In this document: piece after piece, positions 51,131 to 64,000 of the stretch
How the letters are laid out: every line of letters starts with the position of its first letter
Position numbering within the stretch: position 1 is the stretch's first letter
Source of the DNA: Octopus vulgaris
Lineage: Eukaryota
Assembly (NCBI GenBank): GCA_951406725.2
Contig: OX597827.1
Coordinates: forward strand, 4,340,001-4,404,000
Length of the DNA: 64,000 bases
Reading direction: 5' to 3'
Program-made: the position numbers and the translations under genes
Notes under the pieces: generated by a model
Told to the model about the DNA's origin: nothing
The model's input: the letters and a program-made list of their open reading frames with translations, nothing else
Database searches by the model: none

Positions 51131-52601
51131 ATATTTTTTATATTTTAAGAGAAGAGCAAGTTAGGTTTTAGCGATGAGCAAGTGAAGTGATACAAGAAAT
51201 TTTGTAAATAACTTTACTGTGTTTTTTTTACACTCTACCAGTCACCATACTCTGGTTCATTTGTTTCGTGAAATAATAAAATACACCAAAAAACAAAAAA
51301 AAAAGGGGAATATAAAAGCTAGCACTTTATTGGAACTTTGTCATTTTGTTATTGTTATTCAAGTTACCAGACAACGTGACAATTTTGATATTTGGCCATG
51401 ATAAAAAGAAAAAGAAAAAAAAAGAGGTGATGATTTTTCAGAAACCAGCATAATATATAATGGTTGGTTTTCATAGAAATACGAACAGTTTCAGTTTGGT
51501 GCCAAATCTTGATAACTTAATATATGTATGTTAGTATTTGTGCTAAAACAACAACAATATTACTAACTTACACAGAGGTAACTAGAGATAGCCTTTAACA
51601 GTATTAAAGCCATTGGTAAAATATTATAGTTTGGAAACTGAACATTTCTTTTTGTTTTTACTATATAACTATACAGTAAACTCACCAATTGAGTTAATGG
51701 AGTAATTCTGTGCTTTGCTGAGGAATAAAAGCTCTCAGATAATATACGTAAGAAAATGTTCCAAGTAGTAGTAGTAGTGGTGGTGGTGGCGGCGGCGGTG
51801 ATGGCAGGTGATGGTGGCACAGCCATGGCAGCAGTGTAGAGGCATAGTACATACCCTTTTAAAGCCATTTTAAAGATTAATGCAAGCAAGATAGGATTTA
51901 TTCATAGTCTAGAAAACAAGTCAGTATACTTGCAAAATAGTAGACTGCACTAAAGGTACACAGAAAGACAAGATCAGATGGTAGCAAATTGGCAGAGTAA
52001 AGGTGCTAGTATTGTTAGAGGATTTGATAGAATGCCTTGTGGTATTTGTTTCAACATTCTTCACTCTAAGCTCAAATCCTGCAAAGATTGGCTTTACCTT
52101 TTATCTTTTCAGTGTCAATAAAAAAGAAAAGTACCAGTCCAAGGCAGAGAGGCAATGGATTAGTCGAACTATAATAAGAGTACACTAGCAGAAACGTTAG
52201 CATGCCAGCAAAATGCTTAGTGGTATTTTGTCAGTCTTTATGTTCTGAGTTCAAGTTCTGCCAAAGTTGTGTACTGGGATTGATCTAATTGACTGGTCCT
52301 CTCCCCCAAAATTTCAGGCCTTGTTCCTAGAGTTGAAAAGAATAAGAGCACACTTGACACTTTGTGATATTTGTTTACATTCTGTGTTCAAATTGCATCA
52401 TAGCATACTTGGGTGGCTGATTTAATCTTTTGCCCAAGTTAATTGATCACCTGAGACATTGGGTGCCTTTAACAAAGTCCACTTTGTGACAAGCATTCAG
52501 GCCAGGAGTGCAGTTTCAGGAAACCTTCCTTCCATCCACCTGTTTCAGAGGCTTACTGCCTTCCCTAAAAGTTAAAAGCAAAACCTTGGATGACTGATTA
52601 A

Positions 52602-52823
52602 CCCCTATGATACAAACTTGTCTGAGACTGCCCGTGGTTTTTATAATACAAAATTCCTGTTAAAATTGCCTAAATTAAAATCTCCCATCAAAATTTCATG
52701 ATAGTTCATGTCCCAAATACCAGCTTAATAATGACAATCTTTTTGTTACTAAATTATTTATTGTTTTCAAAATTCATTGAAACAGAGTCAGTGTATTTGA
52801 AAAGAAATATGGAAACAAAAGGG
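52602..52823. mobile_element. piggyBac-like MITE (second family)
   Basis: TTAA on both sides. Ends CCCCTATGATAC / GAAACAAAAGGG. Body similar to 41863-42082. Confidence 0.75.
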
Positions 52824-54214
52824 TTAAGTTTACTCCCCAAACCTGGTAGTTATCCCTGACAGCTTGTTAAAAAGATAATTTAGACTAAATGTATTCTCCC
52901 CAGAACACTCAACTCTGGCACCTACAATAGATTTGAACCCATGATCCATGAACAAGTAGTCCTATTTTCTATCAACTTTTCAATTTTGGTTTTCAAAGAT
53001 GCAGTTTAAAACAAAACAATTATCTGGGCAAATTTTTTAATTGTTGTATTGATGATGAAGTAACTGAATTCATTCCCCATTTATGTAATAACCAATAGTT
53101 TAAACTAGAACATCATTATCTAGACATTATGGATTACAAACTGTAGAAACTGAACATATTTGAATTCTAACAAGTCTTGAGCGTCTTAGTTATTAAGCCA
53201 TGCCAATACAATGATTGGAGGTGCAAAATTTTATATTTGAAACCAAATTATGAAAAAAATTATTTTTCACTTAATAAAAAAAAATGTTGTTATCAGCTAC
53301 TATCTCATTAAACTGAGAATTTCATTTTTTGATGTTTTCTTTATTGTTTTCTTTTTTCTTAATTTTTTAAATTTTTCTGTTTATTTATTTATTAATTTTT
53401 TTTGGTGAAAATTCACCAAAGGCTGTTAGGTTAATTACATGGTTACTCAGGGAGCAAGTATTGGTGAATATTAAAAAGCATTGGTGTGGCTTAATAAATA
53501 AGCCGCTAGCCATTATAACAGGAAGAAGAGATTTGATTCTGACAAATAGCTGCAGGTTTAATTCATCTCATCAAAATGTGAAATGAATTAAAATTTTCTT
53601 TGTAAAAATAAAACAAAAAATACTTCCTTAAGGAAGTCTTTGAAAACAGTATTAAAAATGTACATCCACAAAAAAAAAACAAGAAAAGGGAAACCCCCCC
53701 AAGACAATAACTAGCTCATCTTTACTAACATCAACATCAAGTTATTCATATCATAATGAATCATGCATTATTGGAACTGTTTTGAGGATGTTGATCAACT
53801 TTGAGACTTGCAGTGTTATAAAGAATAATACAAAATGTGGAAAAAACTAAGTTTCCAGCTATTGCCATTCACCGATTATTCATTTTATTCAAATTTAAAT
53901 CAAGGTGGAAGCAGAATAGCAATATCTGTTTTTAATAAAACTAAAAAAATTATACAGGTTTGGTCTACAATAATTAATTATTCCTTCATTTCTTATTAAG
54001 TCAATCAACGTGTAAATAGCATAAAGAATGGCTAAGGCATCGATAAAGTAACAATGGATTTGAAGAATTTTTTGATAAAACCAAATTCAAGTCTGATATT
54101 CATTGCAAATTTATTTTCTCTGCTATTTTATCTTCCAATAAATGTTTACATCGTATGGTATGTCAGAATTTGCTTCGGCTTGCATTGCATTGAACAGTGA
54201 AAGATAGTCATTAA

Positions 54215-54445
54215 GGAGGCGAGCTGGCAGAAACGTTAGCACGCCAGCCGGAATACCTAGCGGTATTTTGGTTGCTGTTACGTTCTGAGTTCAAATTCTG
54301 CCGAGGTCGACTTTGCCTTTCATCCTTTCGGGGTCGATAAATTAAGTACCAGTTATGCACTGGGGTCGATGTAATCGACTTAATCCGTTTGTCTGTCCTT
54401 GTTTGTCCCCTCTGTGTTTAGCCCCTTGTTGGCAATAAAGAAACA
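54215..54445 (+). mobile_element. SINE family B, full length
   Basis: GGAGGCGAGCTGGCAGAAACGTTAGC...GAGTTCAAATTC...GTCGACTTTGCCTTTCATCCTTTCGGGGTCGATAAATTAAGTACCAG. Near identical to 62511-62740. Confidence 0.92.
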
Positions 54446-55029
54446 GATATTCATGTCTGGTGAAAAAACGACTGTTTGTTTGAATTTTTCATCATGAAGC
54501 CACGTGAACTCACAAATGCTATCTAATACAAAACATCTTGACATGTACAATTCAGTGCAATGCCATACACTGCTTCATGATACCTATTGAGAGTGAGGAA
54601 GATATGAAGCCATTAAGAGTTAAATAATTATGTTAGAGGAACATCATATTAACAGGGATGATCTTTTCACCAGCTGGCTGACATACAATTCAGCAAGCTA
54701 CAACTCTCTCTCATTCCCCCTCTTCCCACTTTCTCTCCTTTTAGACATTCTTTTAAGTGCCATGCCTTTCAGTTCATTATATGTCTGTTTTCTTAATGTC
54801 ATACAAATAATAATAAAGAATATGTTTCGCTGAGGAGTACTAATTAAATTGAAACATGTCTACAGTACTTATCAAAGATTAGATTTACCTCTCCCAACTG
54901 CATGTTTATATTTGATATTAAATTATTCAAATTTTCAAGTTGTCTTCCTTATTTTCTTAACCAGAATTAAATATTATGCTAATAGTTGACTCCACCATGC
55001 ATCCACTACTACAGGTGTAATTCGAAGTA

Positions 55030-55237
55030 CAGACATCTTCTGCATTACAGAAATGTTGAGCTGCTGAAAATCTGAAAACTTTACCATGAAATAAAATTCC
55101 ATAACAGGTGATCTATTTTCTTATTGACTACCATGTTACACAGAGAAGATGACAAGAAGTAGATTTCGCATTATAAAATTCCATTTTAAGACAAGATATC
55201 CAGGAATGTAATGCTTCTATAATGCAGAGGATGTCTG
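55030..55237. mobile_element. pogo/Tigger-like MITE
   Basis: TA flanks and 23-bp TIRs CAGACATCTTCTGCATTACAGAA / TTCTATAATGCAGAGGATGTCTG (2 mismatches). Confidence 0.75.
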
Positions 55238-56445
55238 TAACCTATTTTATCCCCTTACATTAAGTATGCCTGCATTGGTCTATTCATTTACTTGCCTTTT
55301 TTTTTTTTCTTTTTTGCTTATTATTAAATGATATATCATATAATCTATGTTGAAATGAATTTAAAATTTTATCCTTTCGTGCTAATGAGACACACTGCCA
55401 GATGACATCTTTTAAAGTTACCATGAAAACCAGTTTTATATCTCACTTGATTGAACACATTTACAGCATACTGACATTTAATGGTGTTAAAATCAATACA
55501 ATCTCTAACTATTGATCAGATAAATTACCAGAACCCATCCAAATAAGTTAGACCTCTTAATTTTCTGGAAAACCTTAAGAGAATAAAACTTCCTAGTTAG
55601 ATATATAACACTGACAACTGGCTTCAAGTTTTCTGTTCAATTAGTTCAAATTTGAAAAGAAAATCTTTTGGAAAGTATGAATATTTGAAGACAAGAAATG
55701 TATTTGTAAAACTTTAAAAAATTTGAAGAGGAGAAATTTATTCTTTCTATTATCTGTTTAGAGTCATCTTCCTTTTAATTTCACCATCTGAGCTCCGAGA
55801 ATGATACTGCCAACTAAAGCAATATCCTAATGTTTTTCCTGCCCATAAGATTCATATAAAATATTTAGAAACAAATCCCACTTATGACTTTTCTTTATTA
55901 ATGTTAAAATGGGTTAAATAAAAGAAATTAAAAACAATGACATATGTTTGAAATTTTTTCAAGTGTCAGAACAAAACTATACTTTTTTTCTGCTTAGAAC
56001 TATAGCTAATTGATACCAGTAATTGCTGTTGTTGCAGCCCTACAAATTGAAAGAGATACATTGAAATGTTAGTGCCTCTTAAATTTTTGCCGAAAGCAAA
56101 AAACAAAAAAACAACAAAATTCTTGAATGTGATGCATTTTCTTTCTTTGTAATATCCAATCACAGAATATAATTGGTTAGATATACACTTTTCAGACAAA
56201 TACAACAGGCTATAAGTACCAATGATAATATCAACCAAGTGCCAAATTCTATTTCTAAATAGTTTTATATTCTGCAAGTAATTGTTAAAAATGAAATGGC
56301 AACCAATCAGCAAATTTTAATGTAAAAAAGGAAAAGAAAAAAGAATAATTTTTAAGCCAAAGTGTTTTTGGTGATTGGCCAATAAAATTTCTCAGGTGTG
56401 TTGTGCAGAATTTTGTCGACTGCTATCAGAGAAATGTTTTGTTGT

Positions 56446-57110
56446 TCAAAAATTAATAAATGGCCTTTGGAAGGAAAAATATATAACTCTGTACAGACTA
56501 GAAACACTATATTTAAAAATTGAGAACAGATACTTAATTACAGTTTGCCATTGAGAGTGTAAGAATGCAGTGTGAAGCAAACAGCTGAGTGCATCAGAGA
56601 TGCAGTTGAAAGAAGACAATTTAATCCATAGTGGCCATACAATACACAGTATGTCTATGGGAGTGAAGATGCGCTGAAGAAGGAAAGAATGGCTTAAAAC
56701 AGTAAAAGAAGAATAAGGAAATATGCTGAATAGAGATAAGTGGGAAAGTTGGGGTTTAATAAGTATTAGACATAATTCCATACAAGAAAGTTATTTAGAA
56801 ATGGGAAAAAAAAAAAAAAAAATCAAAGTACTATGATGTAAAATTCATTAGCTGGAATGTATAGAGATGATAATGTAAAAGATAAAATGTAAAGGAGAGC
56901 TGAGTTTATATAGTATTTAAGGTATTTATGTAGAATGTTTAAAGACTTCCCTTCTGCATTAAGCTTAGATTTAATAAAAGATTGATTATGAAGATTATAT
57001 GTTGTGGAGGTAATGCAGCTTGGAGCATGGATAGGCTCTGAGATAATGAGGTGAATATTAATACAAGTATTAAGATGCATATTATAAGATACATGCTGCA
57101 AAAACATATG
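56446..57110 (-). mobile_element. Highly decayed LINE ORF2 fragment upstream of the RT core
   Basis: TPIDIL...ISDALSCLLHTAFLHSQWQTVIK...SSLYRVI loosely fits the LINE pattern GxDxI...LxxLFN...PxxWK...NYRPISL. Confidence 0.35.
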
Positions 57111-57250
57111 AGGAGCAATGAATCATGCAGAACATTTTGAGATACTATATTCCTTAATTGGAATCAATTTGAATTAAGAGAAGTTACTTATAAAACAATC
57201 CTTTAGTTATATATATATAAATCATGTATGGAGCATGTATACACATATGA

Positions 57251-57633
57251 TGGAAGCACTCCGTCGGTTACGACGATGAGGGTTCCGGTTGATCCGATCA
57301 ACGGAACAGCCTGCTCGTGAAATTAACGTGTAAGTGGCTGAGCACTCCACAGACACGTGTACCCTTAACGTAGTTCTCGGGGATATTTAGCATGACACAG
57401 AGAGTGACAAGGCCGGCCCTTTGAAATACAGGTACAACAGAAACAGGAAGTAAGAGTGAGAGAAAGTTGTGGTGAAGGAGTACAGCAGGGATCACCACCA
57501 TCCCCTGCCGGAGCCTTTGTGGAGCTTTAGGTGTTTTCGCTCAATAAACACTCACAACGCCCGGTCTGGGAATCGAAACCACGATCCTACGACCGCGAGT
57601 CCGCTGCCCTAACCACTGGGCCATTGCGCCTCC
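57251..57633 (-). mobile_element. tRNA-derived SINE family C, full length and young
   Basis: Reverse complement begins GGAGGCGCAATGGCCCAGTGGTTAGGGCAGCGGACTCGCGG...GGTTTCGATTCCC (A/B boxes). CpG-rich. Confidence 0.9.
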
Positions 57634-58719
57634 ACATACACATATACTTAAAGAATACAAAGAGTGTAATGCAACAATATTAAAGCAAATATTGGTCAGA
57701 AAATATACTTCTGATATAACAAGCAAATTAACATTAAAAATATTTAGGTAAACTGTTTTATTATATAAGATCTTCAGCTTTATGGATCTTTAAAATATAT
57801 GAGAAAAGATCCATAAACACATGGCTCTCTACAATTTAATGTGAAAGAAATTCTAAGCTCTATAAATAAATGTCAGACAACAGAATAATGCTGCTCATGT
57901 GACTGATATATTTTGCTGCCCTCTTTCTGGACCTATGTATCATCGAGCATATAATAAAATTCACTTTAGTATGGAGACAAGATTTGAATGGATCAGCAAA
58001 TATATCTTCATCATAAGCTAATCCATTTATTAGTCATACCTTCTGTGGTCAATTTTTAAATTCACTTTGTCTATCATATTCGTATCATTCATCTCATAAA
58101 TCAGATGTTATATTTTTGTTCTTTTCATTTTTATGGAAGTTTTTCCTATTTACAGTAATTTACTATTAAACATACTTGACAATATTGAAATGAAAAACAA
58201 CATCCTAATACTAAAAGTGTTCTCCCTGATCAGCTGAATTCATGACCCCTTGTCTTATTGACAGATCAATGGTATTTATCACCCCAGCACAACTATCATC
58301 ACTATCAATCATCACCATCATCATGTTCTAATGTGAGCAACCTACCAATTAACAATGTATGATATACATGTATTGAAGCCATCATTGTGTTTATATCTTC
58401 AGATATCAAACATGTTCCAATGCACATATGTATAACAGTAATGTTATCTGGAAAATTTCAATATATATTGAGCTAATAAAGAGAAGGTGAAGAACTCCAA
58501 TACTATTTTTGTTTTATACTATATTATATATTTTTCTACAGGAGTTTGTAGCCAGTGGTTGTATATATTTGAACTACTATTAAGTAATTAAGAAAAAAAA
58601 GGGAGAATATAAGCAGATGGCAGCAAACAATAATGCCGTGAAAAAGCCTGTCAGAAATCTCAGACTGTTTTGCTTCAGTGTAACTTGCTATAGTTGTATG
58701 TCAGCTGAAGTGATCAGAT

Positions 58720-58917
58720 TTATGCTTCAATGTAATATGTAACGCAAGCAAAGTACAGGCTCTGTGAAAGACAGATGATTGTAGAACATAAGCAAAAAGT
58801 ACTTTTGAAGATCAGCAATAGTTTAGCAGTAATGCCACTTAGAGAAGCACAGAGGTGAAGACATTTAAGTGAAAGGATTAGGTCTTGTATCAAATTTGAT
58901 TTATAAGTTGCCAGCAT
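58720..58917 (-). mobile_element. Possible decayed hAT transposase C-terminal fragment
   Basis: AKLLLIFKSTFCLC loosely resembles the hAT dimerisation motif AxKxLxxFxSTYxCE. Confidence 0.2.
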
Positions 58918-59929
58918 TTGTCCTACATCTAATAGCAGTTTGAAGAGATGTAAGCTATATATTAATAGTGAAATAGCATCTTAAATTTGATAGAAAACTA
59001 TAAACCCATACTAATGAGTAATTTTTAACATACTTCATCAAAATATGATTTTATGGCATTTTGTTTGTGTAGTTTATTTTCGTTCACAGTATCAAATGAA
59101 AATCTTAAAAGTCGTAGACTGATATTAATATTGATGAAAACAAATATGTTCACACTGAAGAAGAAAGGTGTGGAATGGGAGATCAGAAGCACAGATAATG
59201 TACTGATCAAATAAATACAATATGCTAGAGTTACCTCTACATTTTAGATAGGTTTTGCTGTAAATGCTGGAAATAAATAAGAGTAGTATGATAGACTCTT
59301 ATTTCAATGAAGAATTAGAATGTGAGAAAATGGTTAAATATGAAGTGAAATGTATGCTTTCTAGTTATGAAAAGGAACCTATACACAAAAGTGGCAAATA
59401 TACTTTCAGCTTTCCAACCATTAATGAATATTCATTGGTCAATGATATCATGTGACCCTGCTGCCACATGTTTATAAAGTGAAGCCAATATACTTCCATT
59501 CTCCAATCTCCTTTGCCCTTACACATCTGAATAAACAGCTGAATTCCTAACAACACTTTCAATGTACTTTCATCTGCAGCTATTCAAACCATCATAATGC
59601 TTCCTAACTTTCCAATTCACTGATCTTTAAACCCTGAACAAAACAGCTGCCAAAGAATGACTTGGAATTTTCAAAACATTTTTATCTGTATGTATGTATG
59701 TATGTATGTATGTATGTATGTATGTATGTATGTATGTATGTATGTATGTATGTATGTATGTATGCATGCATGCAGGTATGCTTAAATATATAGAAATGCA
59801 TAGTTATATGTATATATATATATATATGTATATATAAATGTGCATGCATTTATAGTTGCCTGTATGTATATATAAATCTTTAAAATGTTTCGGCTTCAAA
59901 GCTGTGATCATGCTGGGCCACCACTATTG

Positions 59930-59995
<66 letters not shown>

Positions 59996-60199
59996 CTTTT
60001 ACTCTTTTACTTGTTTCGGTCATTTGACTGTGGCCATGCTGAAGCACTGCCTTTAGCTGAGCAAATCGACCCCAGAACTTATTCTTTGTAAGCTTACTAC
60101 TTATTCTATTGGTCTCTTTTGCCGAACTGCTAAGTTATGGGGACGTAATCACACCAGCATCGGTTGTCAAGCGATGTTGGGGGGACAAACACAGACAAA

Positions 60200-60250
<51 letters not shown>

Positions 60251-60421
60251 TTATACATATATACGACAGGCTTCTTTCAGTTTCTGTCTACCAAATCCAC
60301 TCACAAGGCTTTGTTTGGCTCGAGACTATAGTAGCAGACACTTGCCCAAGGTGCCACGCAGTGGGACTGAACCCGGAACCATGTGGTTCGTAAGCAAGCT
60401 ACTTACCACACAGCCATTCCT
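59996..60421 (-). mobile_element. SINE family A, full length
   Basis: Colinear with the other family A copies. Confidence 0.92.
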
Positions 60422-60710
60422 ATATATAATACACACATATACACACATGCACACATACACATACACACATACATACATATGAGTGGATGGACAAGTGAAA
60501 GAAACAGGCACTGAACACATTTATCAAGAGTTGCATATATTATTATTTAAAACAGTATAATTCAGTCCATGAAACTTAAACTTTAATAATCTCCTTATAG
60601 GAATCGAGCTCACTGGGCTCAAGTGCCTGAACCAAGTAAGCTAGATTCTGTAATGAACCTAAAAGACCCTTTAAGTTGCATGGGGCCAAATCAACTTTTT
60701 TTAATAAATA

Positions 60711-60822
<112 letters not shown>

Positions 60823-61639
60823 ATAGACATATATATTAGACAGAAATAATTGGTTATGGGTTATATACATTTATTATATATTATATATATATATATATTA
60901 TATATTATTAATTTCCTCTCCTGAAATCTTCCAAGCCTTTAAAGAATATTATATATTGTTATATATGTATTTATTATAGGCTTTGGGTGAATTCATGGTT
61001 TAATCTTATCAATCAATTAACTGATCGAATGAAAATATAGGGAACCACTTGCCCAAAGTTATCTTCTTCAGAGCCAAAACAAATCCACTGCCAAAGCAAG
61101 AGAAGAAAAGTAAAAGAAGGCATTTGGTCAATGAAGCAATTTTTATACAGAATTCGGTCATTTTTCGTTATAAGCCTTGAGCCATTGTTGGCACTTACCC
61201 TGTTGGAAATTCTGAATAGAAATTTCGTTTTGTTGATGATCTATTTAATCAACATGTCACAGTTCACTTGTTTATTTGGTGAGCCTGATGAGTTGAGAGT
61301 CGTGTAACAATTACAGAGTCTTACGAATGCTCTACTATGTTTTATGTCACAATAAAAACATTTAATGAAACAATTGTAGCAATAGTAGATAACCCATTTG
61401 TCTGTTTGGATACGTGTGGGAGTGTGTGTGTGTGTTTGTACATGCACACGCATGCACGCATGCACACACACTCTCTCTCTCTCTCCTCACATCTACATGA
61501 CACTCTCACACATGCATACAAACACATACAATCATACAGACAAAGTTCACATCATACAATAACATTCTTTGAAAGAAAAGCATACACACACACATACATA
61601 ATCTAAGAGTATGTCATATATAAATAAGAAATGAACATG

Positions 61640-61870
61640 AACACACACACAGACACACACACACACACACAGACACACACACACACACATACAAATACAA
61701 ATACACACAAATACACACACATACAAACACAAATACACACACATACACAAAAACACACACACACATACAAACACAAATACACACACATACACAAAAACAC
61801 ACACGCACACACACACACACATACAAACACAAATACACACACATACACAAAAACACACACACACACACAT
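61640..61870. repeat. CA-rich compound minisatellite
   Basis: Repeating ACATACAAACACAAATACACACACATACACAAAAACAC units. Confidence 0.85.
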
Positions 61871-62510
61871 AGTTCACAGTTGCCTACTTGGTTTTGTTGT
61901 TGTTTAATACCTCTCAGCTCCATCCTCGCTTCTGCTCATCTCTTAACTTCCAGTCAGTTCCAACATGGCTTGATACAAACTAAAGTGTTTTTCTCAATTG
62001 TTCCTTTTATCTTCTGACTTTTCCCTCAGTCTAACTTTCTAAAGTAGAGTAGAAGTTCAAAACATCAAAGACATTTCTACTTCCTTCCCTTTCTATAAAC
62101 CTAAACCTAGTAATCATTCTTTGTCATTACTTTGTCTTCTGAGTTGCAATTTTTTGTCATTAAATGCAGACGCACATACACACACACACATACAAATAAA
62201 CATTTGCACACACAGACGTATAATTTATTTAAAGTTCATTCTATATGAGTCACTGTGTGAGCTGAAGAATTTCACTTCACAACCTGTGATTTCAGGTTCA
62301 GTTCCCACTCCATGGCACTTTGGGCAAGTATCTTTTACAATAACCCTGAGCTACTCAAAGCCCTGTGAGTAGAATTAGTATACAGAAGTTGTAAAAAGCC
62401 CCTCATGTGTATCTTTGTATCTTTGTGTGTATGTGAGTATGCGTAAATGTGTGTGTGTGTGTGTGTGATTGTGTGTGTGTGTGTCTGTGTGTAACTGTGT
62501 GTGTGTACCA

Positions 62511-62740
62511 GCGGCGAGCTGGCAGAAACGTTAGCACGCCGGGCGAAACGCGTTGCCGTATTTTGTCTGCCGTTACGTTCCGAGTTCAAATTCCGCCGAG
62601 GTCGACTTTGCCTTTCATCCTTCCGGGGTCGATAAATTAAGTACCAGTTACGCACTGGGGTCGATGTAATCGACTTAATCCGTTTGTCTGTCCTTGTTTG
62701 TCTCCTCTGTGTTTAGCCCCTTGTGGGTAGTAAAGAAATA
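62511..62740 (+). mobile_element. SINE family B, full length and young
   Basis: Near identical to 54215-54445. It follows the microsatellite of a family A head at 62247-62410. Confidence 0.92.
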
Positions 62741-62944
62741 TATATTTATACCTCTCTGAAAATCACTGAGCTGCAAATAAATACTTAATCATTCCCCCTC
62801 TTGATAAATCATTGGCAGGATTTATAACACCCCCCCCCCCCCCCAAGATGTGTGGAATAAGAGATTCCTTTCTTGAAAAAAATTTAAGGATTAGCGGTTG
62901 TAAAGGTATCTGGCTGCAAAACAATGACTCAATATATTCACTGA

Positions 62945-63345
62945 ACACAATTCTAAAGTTTGGTGCTAGCCCCTCCAGTATCTTCCACACATATATCACT
63001 GCATACCTCTCCCATCCTCACTCCATGGAGGAGAGTCACATCTCTTTTCAGTCTCTCCCAGTAGCTCAGCTGTTCCATTGATGCAATTTTCCTAGTATAA
63101 TATCGCTGAACCACCTCAAGTTTTGCTATTAATCTGACACTCCAGAGCGATCACAGTTGAGATCATTACTCCAGATGGGTGAGGACAAATGTCCTCCATA
63201 GGACCAGCCTATTTTCCTAGCCCCTTGTTCTGAAGGCTCTCAGAATCCACCTGGCCATTCACCTGTGCACTGGCAGCATCTTGGTGATATGCATGTGAAG
63301 CGAGGCAGAGTTGCTCATATCAGTCCCAAGATGATGCACCTTTTG
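62945..63345 (-). mobile_element. CR1-type LINE ORF2 C-terminal pseudogene fragment
   Basis: Minus translation QKVHHLGTDMSNSASLHMHITK...MARWILRAFRTR...LVLWRTFVLTHLE**SQL*S...LEVVQRYYTRKIASMEQLSYWERLK, then after a frameshift ERYAVIYVWKILEGLAPNF. Contains several stops. Confidence 0.85.
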
Positions 63346-63692
63346 TGATACGTGTAATGGCCACATAACAATATAGCAGCCGGCACTCAATATTGTTAGT
63401 GAGACACAACTTTTATCTGTTGATGTACCAAATGAGACCCAGACTGCAAAATGGATCCAACACATCGTGATGAATCGAACACTGTATAGAATAAAGTTTA
63501 GTACCAAATCCATCTTCTCATTACTTAATTATTATAATTACCTCACTGACACTGTGGATTTTTCTGAAGGTGATCCAGCAGAAATATACGATGACTGTGG
63601 ATCACAACAGGCACCAGTGCTCTACTCAACACTTGAACACACTAATCGACTTATACTTATCAGTCCAAAATATTAATTACCTGCATATATAT

Positions 63693-63729
<37 letters not shown>

Positions 63730-63881
63730 TCAAAATAAGCAACAAGAATGACTCCAGAGTCATTCTTGTTGCTTATTTTGAGTATAATCACCTCACAAAT
63801 TTTTATGGATAACACCATACAGAATTCTGGTGCATCTAAATTAAGTACCATATTCATTTGAATCTAAATTTTTGCTGAACG

Positions 63882-63915
<34 letters not shown>

Positions 63916-64000
63916 TGCAGCTGGGTCAACTAAATGTATACATGCTTCATCAAAGTACATTAGGACACTTATTGGAATTTAATGAGAATAATACTGTAAT

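Noticed and set aside
57560-57633. tRNA gene-like sequence on the minus strand
   Set aside because: A and B boxes are present, but there is no complete acceptor stem and it continues into a SINE body.

Overview
AT-rich eukaryotic non-coding DNA, dense in microsatellites and transposon debris. The SINE/LINE repertoire suggests an octopus genome (inferred from recalled repeat families, not searched). No intact protein-coding gene is supported: almost all listed ORFs are microsatellite read-throughs or decayed transposon fragments. The window contains several tRNA-derived SINE families, RTE and CR1-type LINE 3' fragments, an internally deleted mariner with long TIRs, and piggyBac-, pogo- and hAT-like MITEs. 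The most notable signal is a near-perfect 362-bp tandem duplication (17352-17996) in which each unit carries a type I hammerhead ribozyme motif with a compensatory U3-A8 core. This is a candidate non-LTR retrozyme that could release a 362-nt RNA able to circularise. Fold-back insertions of Penelope-like type also occur: one with two minimal hammerhead motifs (5899-6052), one flanked by an 11-bp target-site duplication (23746-23892) and one decayed (29558-29715). Repeated H-type pseudoknot-like modules sit in an RTE 3' UTR. One weak candidate exon lies at 32866-33181. Coordinates of diverged repeats are approximate.
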